Positions 11,680 through 22,727 of a DNA stretch of 64,000 nt are shown here, one piece after another. The stretch is taken from contig BLSG01000014.1 of the NCBI GenBank assembly GCA_012862495.1, positions 1-64,000 on the forward strand, written 5' to 3'. The stretch is from Thraustochytrium aureum (Eukaryota). A model generated the notes under the pieces. That model was not told the DNA's origin, did not search any database, and was given only the letters and a program-made list of their open reading frames with translations. Numbering within the stretch: position 1 is the first letter of the stretch; every line of letters starts with the position of its first letter. Both the position numbers and the translations under genes were made by a program.

Positions 11680-12322
11680 TAATCGAAGGAGTTGCCCCAA
11701 TCAACCTCTTGATGAAACAGCCGTAGATCAATGATCCATGGTGTTATTGGGTGAAACCGCAGAAGACGCGAAAAGACTCCAAATCAATCGAAATGGCGAG
11801 CGGCCAGCCGCCAGGCAGGGAGCTGGAGCGAAAGCCCTGGAGACACGGGATTTGCGGTTTACTGAAACAAGCAAGTCTGCCTGTGCCCGGGCAAAAGAGT
11901 GGCAGGCCAGGCAATGCCGACAGCTTCGCGACCCGCTGATCAGCAGGTCCCTTGTCAGGCCGAGCACGAGCAGAAGCGCCGAGTTTGGGCCGCTCCTTTT
12001 CGAGCACCCGCGTCGACACGGTGTCGCCAACCCGGACCAGCCCAATGCCGCCAATCTGCAGCAACCCGACGTCGCCGCTTGCCAACCGCACCCCAAAGTG
12101 TCCTCGAATGTTACAGCAGCAAGAGGTGCATCTATCCGTTGACCGCCACGGTCCGTGCCCGCGCTGCCATGCTTGGTGTTATCACATTCTCAATCCGAAA
12201 AGTACACAATTTGATAGAGCCAAGGTGCAGCGAGCAGTTCGTGTAATCTGTTGGAGTGCGAGCTTGGTATTTCGTCCGGCAATTGGAGCTCGCTCGCTTC
12301 AACGCGACGACGGGCAGCCGCG

Positions 12323-12372
12323 CCAGCAGCAGGAGCAGCAGCAGCAGGAGCAGCAGCAGCAGCAGCAGCAGA
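12323..12372 (+). repeat. (CAG)n microsatellite
   Basis: Imperfect CAG/GAG run upstream of the FN3 gene. Confidence 0.9.
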
Positions 12373-12700
12373 AGAGAGCAGCAGAAGAAAGCAGCGGGGG
12401 TGGCACTGGTTTGGCGGGGTTTCCGGGGGAGCGCACGCCTGGCTGTGCCGTGCCAGTCGCGGTCATTTCATCACTGCGAACAGCTAGGACGCCGAACACG
12501 ACGGCAGTGACAACAGAAGCGGTGCGCGGCAAGCGAGCAGCTTGACGGCGGCTGGTAAGGCGGCTGGTAGGACGCGCGGGTCTACACGGCTCTGGTGAGG
12601 CAGGGCAGTTGGATCTCGAGGCCGTTCACCGCAGGGCGCAGCGTCGGCCCAGCAGGGCGTCGGCGCGGCGCGCGTTTGCGCTGTGTCAGAGGCCGTGGTA

Positions 12701-15700
12701 ATGCAGGCGGAGATGGAGAGTGGCGGTGATGTGCCGCTAGCAGAAGGTGAGAATTTGAACGCTACATGCGCGGTGGAGGGAAACGCGCAGGCCGCAGAGC
12801 CCGCTGCGGAGGCTGCTGTGGCTTGTTCCTGCGTGGGATGCGGGCCAGAACACATTCTCCTCCGCGTGGCCAAAGACGCCCGCGTGCAAGTGTTGCTCGG
12901 GGCTGCGGGATGGTCTGACGACCTGCAAGTTGGAGAAGACGGCATGGCTCGGGCAGACGGTCTCGAGCCAAGCAGCGCGTACCTAGTCCGAGTCGAGCCC
13001 GCAACCGGAGGCCCAACGGCGTATCTCCTGTGTGCAACCGAGCTCGATGCGCCTCGTATTTTAGAAGAGGCAGACGAGTTCTCCGTTAGCGCCGACGGGG
13101 TCAGCCTGGGTTGGGCTCCATTGTCTACCGATAAAATTGCACACGCGAGCATCAGCAAAGTGCTGGTCAAGTATTGCGTAAAGCGGCGGCGGATCGACTC
13201 TGAAACGCTGAGAAACGCGGACCCCACTCATGGTTCCATCGCCAAGGACGCGGCCACCATTGACGACGACACGGTGATCTGCACGCCTAGCACAAGTTGC
13301 GTCGTTGCACTCGACGACGACAAGGTTGGGCTTGCAATGTATGAGCTCTCCGTGAGCGCAAGACTGAAACCGCGCTGCAAAGACGTTGGCCTGTACTTTT
13401 CCAAGGAAGCGTTGACCAGGGAGTGGGCGCGCTCGGCGGCGACACTTTATACGACACCACCGCCGCTGCCCACCGTTCTTCGGGGCTCGCAAAACACTAT
13501 CGAGCTCAGGTGGAGTCCCGCTGTGATTGACAAGATCAAGCGCATGATTGCTGCCGGATTGGGCAACCAGGCAGTCATTATTGATGTCGCAGAGGACGCC
13601 GAGTCTGCGGCGCGCGAGGCAACCGACGACGGCGTGTATTCAGCAACACAGCAACGCGCTACGTGCCCAGGTCCGTTCCGGCAAGCACTTGCCACCGTTT
13701 TTGACGAGCTGCGACAAGTGACGGACGTCGTTCGCGTACGGGGGCTCACAGCAAATACCTGGTACTGGTTTCGTGTCCGTTGTCCATCGTGCCCCGGAAT
13801 GCCGCACAGCAAGACGGAGATGGTGGCAATACGCACGCCTCGTGGGCCGCCTGCACGACCGGTGGACGTACGCGCATCCTATACGCTCTACAACGACGAA
13901 AAGCGACAAATGAGGCACATTTTTATCAAGCTCGACTGGGCGCCGCCGCCCGAAAGACTCGGAGGGGCCGCAGACGAGTACGTCGTTCTTAGATCAGACT
14001 CGAGCGCTAACGACGACTACAAGGTGGTGTTTCGGACAAGCTCCACGGCGTGTGTCCTGAGCGGCCTGGTCTCAATGGATGAGTTCCAGTACAGGTGCAG
14101 CTTCAAAGTGCGCGCAAAGAATGAAGCCGGCATCGGACCGAGCTCGCAGCTCACGGTTCACATCAAGGGCCAAATGGCCAGCTCGCTCAAGCACAAGCGC
14201 GACAAGGCCAAGGCTAAGGCCGGCAAACAAAACGCGGCCGAGCAGGCGCTGCTTGAAAAGACGCGCCAGCTCGTTCGCGACTACCTTGACAGCGAACTCG
14301 TCTTATCCACGGGGGATCCCAAAGGAGGTCTTGGGGCTTTGCAGGGCGTCAAGATCGCGCGCCCTCCGGGTTCGCCCCGGTCCCCCAGCACCTTGAGGCC
14401 AGTGCGAGTGCCAAAGTCTCCATGCTCGCCCAAGTCACCACGGTCTGCAAGCCCGCGTCGCAAGAAGTGGCGCGAGCCTGACCAGCTCGTGCGGCTCGGC
14501 GATGCGCTGCCAAGCGAGCTGGCGTCCGAAGTGACCAACAAACTGAGGCTCCCCGCCTGCGGCGACGCGCAGCCGCCGACTCAATTGAACGTGGCCACTT
14601 TGACCTCGGAAGCGACGGACTTTGGCGCGTCAGTGGCATTTCCTTCTCCTCCCGGGTCTCGGGCTGCCCCCCAGACCCTCGCCGCCGCGAAGCAACCCGT
14701 ACAAGCAAGCCTTGTCGCGAAAGTCTCTGTCCAAGCTCGCGCTCACGACCCCGGAAGAGTTAGGGCCAGCGTCAGCACCGCAAGTCTGCGCGGTTGTTCC
14801 TGACCCGGGGCTGGACAGCAAGCAGATCTCTAAAGCGGTCTACCGCGAGATGGGGTTACCTGACTTTTCGCGCCTCAAAGGCGTCAAGTGCGAGTTGGAC
14901 GTGGCGAGGCGCCTCAAGAACAAGGAGGTCCAGCTTGTTTGGACCTTTGGGTATGGAGACGTGGGCTTGGACCGCATCGACGCCATCCAGAACGCCGGAT
15001 CGGGGCTGGTAGGGGCGGCCTGGGCGCCAGTGGCGAGTCCGCAGCGAGGGAGAAGGAGGAGGNNNNNNNNNNNNNNNNNNNNNNNNNNNNNNNNNNNNNN
15101 NNNNNNNNNNNNNNNNNNNNNNNNNNNNNNNNNNNNNNNNNNNNNNNNNNNNNNNNNNNNNNNNNNNNNNNNNNNNNNNNNNNNNNNNNNNNNNNNNNNN
15201 NNNNNNNNNNNNNNNNNNNNNNNNNNNNNNNNNNNNNNNNNNNNNNNNNNNNNNNNNNNNNNNNNNNNNNNNNNNNNNNNNNNNNNNNNNNNNNNNNNNN
15301 NNNNNNNNNNNNNNNNNNNNNNNNNNNNNNNNNNNNNNNNNNNNNNNNNNNNNNNNNNNNNNNNNNNNNNNNNNNNNNNNNNNNNNNNNNNNNNNNNNNN
15401 NNNNNNNNNNNNNNNNNNNNNNNNNNNNNNNNNNNNNNNNNNNNNNNNNNNNNNNNNNNNNNNNNNNNNNNNNNNNNNNNNNNNNNNNNNNNNNNNNNNN
15501 NNNNNNNNNNNNNNNNNNNNNNNNNNNNNNNNNNNNNNNNNNNNNNNNNNNNNNNNNNNNNNNNNNNNNNNNNNNNNNNNNNNNNNNNNNNNNNNNNNNN
15601 NNNNNNNNNNNNNNNNNNNNNNNNNNNNNNNNNNNNNNNNNNNNNNNNNNNNNNNNNNNNNNNNNNNNNNNNNNNNNNNNNNNNNNNNNNNNNNNNNNNN

Positions 15701-16303
15701 NNNNNNNNNNNNNNNNNNNNNNNNNNNNNNNNNNNNNNNNNNNNNNNNNNNNNNNNNNNNNNNNNNNNNNNNNNNNNNNNNNNNNNNNNNNNNNNNNNNN
15801 NNNNNNNNNNNNNNNNNNNNNNNNNNNNNNNNNNNNNNNNNNNNNNNNNNNNNNNNNNNNNNNNNNNNNNNNNNNNCATGGACCGGGCGGCGATTGTGAT
15901 CACCGATAGCGGTTGCCCGGAGCTGCACGGTCGCTTTGTGCAAAGCGGCGTCTCGGACGGCGTGCCCCAGTTCGTTTTGCAAAAGCAGGGCGCCTCGTAC
16001 ATGCTCATGCGCTCCCCCTATGGCGAGTCCAAGATCTGGCTGCTTGTCGGCTCGATGACGTTCGACCTGGGGGACTCGTCTGATAGCCTTGGGTCTGGCG
16101 ACTCTGCAGAGTCGCGGTCTCCGAAATCGCCAAAGTCGGCCGATCGACCAAAGGCGACGACAAAGCGGGTCTACTTCGCGAATGTTGTGGAGGGCGAAAG
16201 CGAGCAGCCCCCGCTGGACAACTGGATCGTTGCGCAGCACGGCTCCGAACCAGTGCCGATCTTCGTCCGTCAGAACAAGCTCACCCGAACGACAATTGTG
16301 TGA
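12701..16303 (+). CDS. Fibronectin type III domain protein, no signal peptide; probable frameshift near 14750 and gap 15063-15876
   Basis: FN3 motifs VRGLTANTWYWFRVRC, PPARPVDV..IKLDWAPP, FKVRAKNEAGIGPSS; SP-rich linker. Continuation to 16303 is inferred. Confidence 0.65.
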
Positions 16304-16319
16304 AACCCACTTTTCTTTT

Positions 16320-19313
16320 TTACCACTTCGTAGTGTCTTCGAGCGCTGCGACGACTGCCCGCTCGACCGCTGCATGAAACGCTTTGTCCGCTAGCAAAAG
16401 CTCAACAGCGCGTCTTGCGACCGTCTCTGCTCTGTTGCTGTCGCTTGCACCATCAACGATGCCGCGGCGCCGTTCGCTGTGGTCGGCCGTTTCCGTTGCT
16501 TGCCCTTCCGCATTTGTTTCATGATCCGTCACGCTTGGCCCGGGATGCAGCGCCTCGTCTGCTGCGGCGCCCAGGGCTCGGACATCCTCCGTGGTCTGGC
16601 GTGGCACTAAAGTGAGCTTAGAGTCGGGGCCCACCAGCAAATCCAAGGGCGCATCAGCAACGACGCGGTCTTGTTCGCCAGACTCGGTTGGCAAGGCTCG
16701 GCCACGTCTATTGATGGGCGGCAGGCTCTCGTCTTGCGCAGCCGTAGCTTTCCCGGTGGCTTGCGATAGCTTTGGGTCGTCCAGGTCTGCGCGTTGACTG
16801 TGGGCAAGTGGATCGTCTGCGCTGGCGCCATGCTGAGCGTGGGCGGGCGTTATTTCTGCACTGTCGTCGCGTTCGTTCTGGCCAGGCTTGGTGAACGCGC
16901 TGTCGTTCAGTTGCTCATCCAGGCTAGCGAGACACGTGTCTGGCTGCCCGATTTGAACAAAGTCCGTGTAGCTATTTGTCTCGCCGCGCTCGATGGTGAA
17001 CCGATAATCCACGACACCTGCAAGTTGAGCATCCAACTCGTCCTGGCCGTGTACATCTTGGCCATTCACTAAAAGAAGCCGATCACCCCGCCGGACCCCT
17101 GCGTCAGCGAGCGGGCCCGCGACATACACAAACACGAGGACGGCGTCGGGCCCGCCCGTGGCAAATTCGGCAAACGTTTGCACAGCCCCGCGGTTCCACC
17201 CTTCAAGTTCGACGACGAATTGAAGCGCCCGGTCTACCGGGCTGTGTTCGAAAATGCTCCGGGCCATCTCGAGCGAGACGCTGTTGTGATTGATGTCGAG
17301 GCCTTTCTTGAGCGTCGCTACGGACTCCACAGCGACGTCGTTGACGACCAGCAGCTGATCGCCAGGCTTGATCCCAGCGGCGCTCCACTCTTTGTGCAGC
17401 ACGTCCTTGATGACCAGCGCACCATCCGTGCGCATGCTCGTGCGAAGCCCAAGCGACTCCTCCGTGCACTTGGTTGCAACCACAGTAAAGGATCCTTGCC
17501 CAACGTGAGCGACAAGGCCCCTCGTTGGGGCTGGCGTCGGCTCGGGCGTCGGGGCTGGCGTCGGTTCAGGGGTCGGGGCTGGCGTCGGCTCGGGCGTCGG
17601 CTCGGGCGTTGGGGCGGGCGTCGGGGCTGGCGTCGGCTCAGGCGTCGGCTCAGGTGTCAACTCAGGCGTCGGAAGCGGACGAATATGCTGATGATCGCCA
17701 TGAGGCTCATCGCCCTGCGAGGCCCCGGTGCGCACTGGCTGTTCTGGCGCTGATGGCCCTTCGACGCACTCTCGAGGATCGCTGAGAGAGATGGAGGCCT
17801 TGAAGTTCTCAAGATTTCGCCCACGGAAAAATTCCAGGGACAGCGAGGAGCTGCGCGGAAGCTGACTGAGGTCTTGCACAGTCCAGATCCGCTTGCCTCC
17901 CGCACGAACAAGAATGTCGCCGCGCTTTGCCTCTGCCAAAGCTGTTGGGCGGTGTAGCCGCAGCCCGAGCAGATCAGGACGCCAAGCGTGATCCTGCGGA
18001 AGAATAGGGTTTCGCACAAAGTACACAAACCCCAAGAACGGGGCTTCGCGTCCAACCTTCGGTCGTGAGAACACCACGGTGAGGACTGCCTTGTTGCGCT
18101 CAATCCCCTTCGTTAGAGCTGCAACAGAGTCTACGATGACCCCGTTGACGCTGAGGATGCGGTCGCCAACTTCCACAGGCGATGTTTCCCATACGTCGTC
18201 GTTGATGGCCTTGACTTCAATGATATCTGCACCGGCGCGTTTTCCTACTTTGAGCCCGAGAGATCGCTCCGGGCACTTGCGCACAGACACTAAAAACTGC
18301 GCGTCTTGGTCCTCGGGCACAAAGTCTGTGAGCGGGGGAAAGCTCCACGGGTCGAGAGCGTCGCGCCGAGCACTGTCCCGGACAGGTTGCGCGGGCGAAT
18401 CAGCGTCTTTGGCGACTTCATGCCGTGCCTCCTTCGCACCTTCCAGTTCGCTAATCGCTGGATTCGGGTCAACGTCGCCTGTTACCAGACTAGCGTCTCC
18501 TAATTCACTATTCTGGCCTTTGGTGCCGGACTGCACCGTTGGGGTGTCACCACCCCAGTCGCCGCCCTCGTCGTCTCCCTCGAGCTCGTCGTCCCCGAGG
18601 GAGGGTTGGGGATCAACTCGATTGTGACGAGCATCAGCCTCTGGTTGCTTTTCGTCCTCCTGCGCTACGTCGGCTCGCTCAAGCTGGTCTTTCATTCCTC
18701 CCAAGGTCGGGTCGCTGTTTGGATTCTCCGCCTCGTCCGCGCTCGTGGGCGCGGCGAGAAAATCATGGAAATGAGAGACCTGCCCTGCCTGGTCCCCGCC
18801 CGAGGTTTGTTCATCTAGGCTCTCAGAAGATTGCGGGTCTTCGACTTGAGCAGGCTGAGCGCTTGACACCATAGACTCGGCAACGTGTGACTGCGTCTGC
18901 AGGAGGTCGTCGTCACTGGGCGCAGAAGACCCAGCAATGTGTTTGGCAGGAGCCTCGTCATCGGCCTCTTGTTGGCATGGGGCTTCCAAGTCGACGTCAA
19001 TCTTGCCCTTGGCACTTCTTCGCGCGTTCATGATTCGTTCAGTAATCTCGTCGATACGAAGCCCTTTCACAGCTTCCCCTGCAATGGAAACCACGACATC
19101 GCCCGGCTGGACGCCTGCCCGCGCTGCTGCCCGCCGCTTCTGAACACTCTGCACGAGCACAAGGCCCTCCTCTGGCACGGCCTTGAGGCGCATCCCGAGC
19201 CCGGTCCCCACCGGAACGTCGAAGCTCACAGTGCGCACGCATGGTGTCTCTCCTCGCGCCGCGCTAGCGACGAGCGCAGCAAGCACGAACGCGAGTACGT
19301 CCGCCGTCTTCAT
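16320..19313 (-). CDS. Secreted multi-PDZ domain protein (997 aa)
   Basis: Signal peptide [24 protein letters not shown] signatures [79 protein letters not shown]. Confidence 0.8.
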   Translation of the reverse strand: MKTADVLAFVLAALVASAARGETPCVRTVSFDVPVGTGLGMRLKAVPEEGLVLVQSVQKRRAAARAGVQPGDVVVSIAGEAVKGLRIDEITERIMNARRSAKGKIDVDLEAPCQQEADDEAPAKHIAGSSAPSDDDLLQTQSHVAESMVSSAQPAQVEDPQSSESLDEQTSGGDQAGQVSHFHDFLAAPTSADEAENPNSDPTLGGMKDQLERADVAQEDEKQPEADARHNRVDPQPSLGDDELEGDDEGGDWGGDTPTVQSGTKGQNSELGDASLVTGDVDPNPAISELEGAKEARHEVAKDADSPAQPVRDSARRDALDPWSFPPLTDFVPEDQDAQFLVSVRKCPERSLGLKVGKRAGADIIEVKAINDDVWETSPVEVGDRILSVNGVIVDSVAALTKGIERNKAVLTVVFSRPKVGREAPFLGFVYFVRNPILPQDHAWRPDLLGLRLHRPTALAEAKRGDILVRAGGKRIWTVQDLSQLPRSSSLSLEFFRGRNLENFKASISLSDPRECVEGPSAPEQPVRTGASQGDEPHGDHQHIRPLPTPELTPEPTPEPTPAPTPAPTPEPTPEPTPAPTPEPTPAPTPEPTPAPTRGLVAHVGQGSFTVVATKCTEESLGLRTSMRTDGALVIKDVLHKEWSAAGIKPGDQLLVVNDVAVESVATLKKGLDINHNSVSLEMARSIFEHSPVDRALQFVVELEGWNRGAVQTFAEFATGGPDAVLVFVYVAGPLADAGVRRGDRLLLVNGQDVHGQDELDAQLAGVVDYRFTIERGETNSYTDFVQIGQPDTCLASLDEQLNDSAFTKPGQNERDDSAEITPAHAQHGASADDPLAHSQRADLDDPKLSQATGKATAAQDESLPPINRRGRALPTESGEQDRVVADAPLDLLVGPDSKLTLVPRQTTEDVRALGAAADEALHPGPSVTDHETNAEGQATETADHSERRRGIVDGASDSNRAETVARRAVELLLADKAFHAAVERAVVAALEDTTKW
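17525..17672 (-). repeat. 12-bp coding minisatellite encoding PTPE/PTPA linker
   Basis: Tandem GGCGTCGGCTCG/GGCGTCGGGGCT units. Confidence 0.9.
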
Positions 19314-20449
19314 CCTCCCTCACTCCCGATCGCAGCGAAGTTGGGTCTGACCCGCGCAGCGCCGCTGGCCGAACGATGAGCGAGAGCTGCCGCCCTGAAA
19401 ACGACTTTTGCCACGAGGCAGACTCGCCGACCGGCCCCAACGCGCGCAACACCACGGTCCTTCCGCCGCGTCTTTTGGCGCGCCAGTCCGCAGCACCTGT
19501 TCACGACGGCACCTCGAGGGGCCTGCAGTCGCAAGCCTGCCCGCTCGAGAGGTCAACAGTTCAGGAGATGCCCTCCCATTCACAACGATTGATGGGGCCG
19601 AATCAAACGCACAACACAAGTGACGAGGCAGCCGCTCGAGCGCGCCACGCGCCGGCAAGGAGGACTGACGCGGACCGCGGCTGTGGTTGTCTGGCGGTGT
19701 CGTGATCCAAGATGGAACACTGCTACCAATCTACCGATCAACTTCTTGAGAGTTCAGAACAGAATGGGAACAACTCAGTACCGGTACCTACAAGTGCTGA
19801 ACTGTTCTGCTGTTCTGGAATGCGAGTCACTGGAATCCACGTTTACGGTTGTGTAGCTGCCACGTGGCAACGTTTCTCAACACACGCCATCATGAGAAGG
19901 CACATGAATTGCTGATGCTGTCGCCTCAGTTCCCGTCACTCCCTCCCACGCACAGATCAAGCCAGCGCGGCCAAGGTACGCACTCAGAACAGAGTCTGCA
20001 CCTCCCCTGCACACCTAAAAGTCCACTCCACTGGTGATGCGTTCCGCTTTTTCTTCTTCGCTCACACTCCCACTGGCAACGCTAACCTTCTCGAGAGTAG
20101 GCTAATAGGCCTACCTACTCTCATACTCTCATTGCCGTCCCCTCACAAAGCCACCACAAAACCCGCATTCACTTCTGTTTCCGAGATATCGGTCTAATAT
20201 GTAGATCAGCCGCGATGCATATGAACAGGCTAAAAGAGGGCCAGTCGGCGAATGTCCTCCGGTATGTCCCGGGCACCTGTTCGGAAGCGGCGATACCTAC
20301 CTACCTTCTCGCAAGCGAGCACGCACACACCATTTCTTTGCACAAGAGTCGGGCTGCGTGTTGTGCAGGAGTGATCGATCCAGTATTGCAGGCGCGCGGT
20401 AGACCCCCAACGCGCACGATCACGCCCCGGGCCTCGCGCGCGCTGGTGC

Positions 20450-20530
20450 TCCTGCTGCTGCTGCTGCTGCTGCTGCTTGCTGTAGGATCTGGGACGTTCG
20501 CCGGCTGGCTGGCTGGCTGGCTGGCTGGCT
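20450..20530 (+). repeat. (CTG)n and (GCTG)n microsatellites upstream of G-alpha
   Basis: Direct inspection. Confidence 0.85.
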
Positions 20531-20691
20531 AGCGGACCGGCTGGGTCGCTCTCGGCGCGCTGCTGCGGGCTGGCTGGCGGTGCTGGTTGGTGCGGTCGTC
20601 GCGGTTCGGGTGGGCAGCTTGACTGTGGAGCGGAGGCCCGAGTCGGCGGAGGCGGAGCAGGCGCCGGTGGAGTCACGCAGGTAGGTACAAG

Positions 20692-21821
20692 ATGGGCAAC
20701 AAGACGAGCGCCGAGAAGCTGCGCAGCAAGAAGCTGTCGATGAAGCTGGAGAAGGCCAAGGCGGAAGACGAGGCGTCGCTCAAGCTGCTGCTTTTGGGCG
20801 CCGGCGAGTCTGGCAAGTCCACCATCTTCAAGCAAATGAAGCTGTTGTACGGGCAAGGGTTTACGCCCGACGACCGGTTGAAGATGCGGCCATTCCTGAT
20901 TGGAAACGTGATTGAAGGGGCCTGCGACATTTTGGCCGCCGCCGACCTTGTTGGCGTCAAAATTCAGGACCCCAAGGCCAAGGCCGCAGCCGACGTTGTC
21001 CTCAAGGCAACGGATAGGCGAGCCTTCTCGGAAGAGGTGGCCGCTGCGATCAACACGCTCTGGGACGACGAGGACTTTCGGGCCGTCTGGGAAAAGCGCT
21101 CGCACTATCAAGTGCAAGACACCTGGAACGAGTTTGCCGACGCTCTCCGAAACTATCCGACATGGGGCGGCCCGAGCTGGGCGCCAACGACTGACGAGAT
21201 CCTGCGGAGCCGCGTCCGGACAACCGGGGTCGTCGATGAGCAGTTCACCGTCAAGAGTATCAAATTAAGGTAAGTCACCAGACAACAGGCGCGGCCTCGG
21301 GCGCTCGCTAACGGCCCCGTCGCTTCTGCAGGATGCTCGACGTTGGTGGCCAGCGCAACGAGCGGCGCAAGTGGATCCACTGCTTCCAGGATGTCACCTC
21401 GGTCCTGTTTGTCGCCTCAATCAGCGAGTACGACCAGATGCTCTTCGAAGACTCGAGCAAGAACCGCCTCATCGAGTCGCTCGAGCTCTTCGAAGAGCAT
21501 GTCAACGGCAAGTGGTTCGTCAACTCGGCCATGATCCTGTTCCTGAACAAGGTGGACCTCTTCAAGGAAAAGTATTTGAACCAAGGCATTCCGCTCAACG
21601 TGAGCGGGCTTTTCCCCAGCGCGCCCTCTGGCACGCCCAATTTGCAGCAAGCCCAGGCTTGGTTCAAGTCCATGTTTGAAGGCCAGGTCAAGAACCCGGA
21701 ACGCAAGGTGTACACGCACTTTACCTGCGCCACCGACACAAAGTCGATCGACGCGGTCATGACGGCCTCCTCGCAACATATCCTCAAGCAAAACCTCACC
21801 AGTTCAGGCGTCCTCGTCTGA
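20692..21821 (+). CDS. Heterotrimeric G-protein alpha subunit; exons 20692-21269 and 21332-21821
   Basis: MGNKTS myristoylation-type start, GAGESGKST, RVRTTGV, DVGGQRNERRKW, NKVD, TCAT; 62-nt intron GTAAGT..GCTAAC..CAG restores the frame. Confidence 0.96.
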
Positions 21822-21948
21822 CCTCGCCTCCTTTTTTAATTTTAAAAAGGTCATTGCTAGCGCACACGCGGGTTTGCTGCAGAGCGGAGCTGTTGCCGGT
21901 GCGTGGTGCGTGGGGATCGAAGAACCAATAATAGTGTTGTTTTGCTGC

Positions 21949-22317
21949 TCACGCGCGAATGTTGAGGAGGTATACCAGGACCGCAGCAGACAGCACGGCG
22001 ACGCCGCCCGCGGGCATAAACTTGGCCGCCTTCCGCGCGCGCATCGACATGGCCAAGCACAGCAAACTCGCAACTGCCTTGGCGGACCACCCGTGAACGC
22101 TGATGTCCTGGGCCGCGTAGATGAAGAATAGTCCCGACCCACCGCCCGCCACCAAGCTCGGCACGCTCCCCTTCTGCGCGCCGTGTCGCGTCAGCCCGGC
22201 GCTCTGCTGCCGTGCCAGCCGTCTCGTGCCGGTCCGATCCTTTCCACTTACCTTGGCGAATCCCACCGAGCCGCCCACGGCCAGCAAGGCGCCGTACGTG
22301 GCCACTACGGGATCCAT
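21949..22317 (-). CDS. TMEM14-family small membrane protein; intron 22174-22251
   Basis: YGALLAVGGSVGFAK|KGSVPSLVAG and KFMPAG motifs; 78-nt GTAAGT..CTGAC..CAG intron. Confidence 0.88.
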   Translation of the reverse strand: MDPVVATYGALLAVGGSVGFAKVSGKDRTGTRRLARQQSAGLTRHGAQKGSVPSLVAGGGSGLFFIYAAQDISVHGWSAKAVASLLCLAMSMRARKAAKFMPAGGVAVLSAAVLVYLLNIRA

Positions 22318-22727
22318 CGTCTCTCCTCGCGTGCTCCCTTGTACCTGCCTGTGTGCGAGCGAGCGAGCGAGCGAGCGAGCGTGCGTGCGTTGCTGCGAAG
22401 GTCTGTTTGGGGACTGGCTAAGCCATTGCAAAACGCGCGACTTGTTGCACTGCGTTGTATCCGGCCCCACAACAGAAGCCGCCAGGCAGCTAACTTGGGC
22501 ATACATAGAGTACAGTACCTCACCCAGCTCGGTATGTACTCGAGCATGGAGCTTCTCGCTCGAGGCGGTCGTCGTTCGCTTTCGCGGCGTTCGTGGACGA
22601 GGTCAAAATCCTGCCCGCTCGACGCTGGGCAATTTGGAACGATGACTCGACTGGCCGAGCGGCGAGCAGAGGCACCGCCCGCGCCAAATCGCCTTTCAAG
22701 GCAAGAAATCAGCGCTTTATATCTGCC

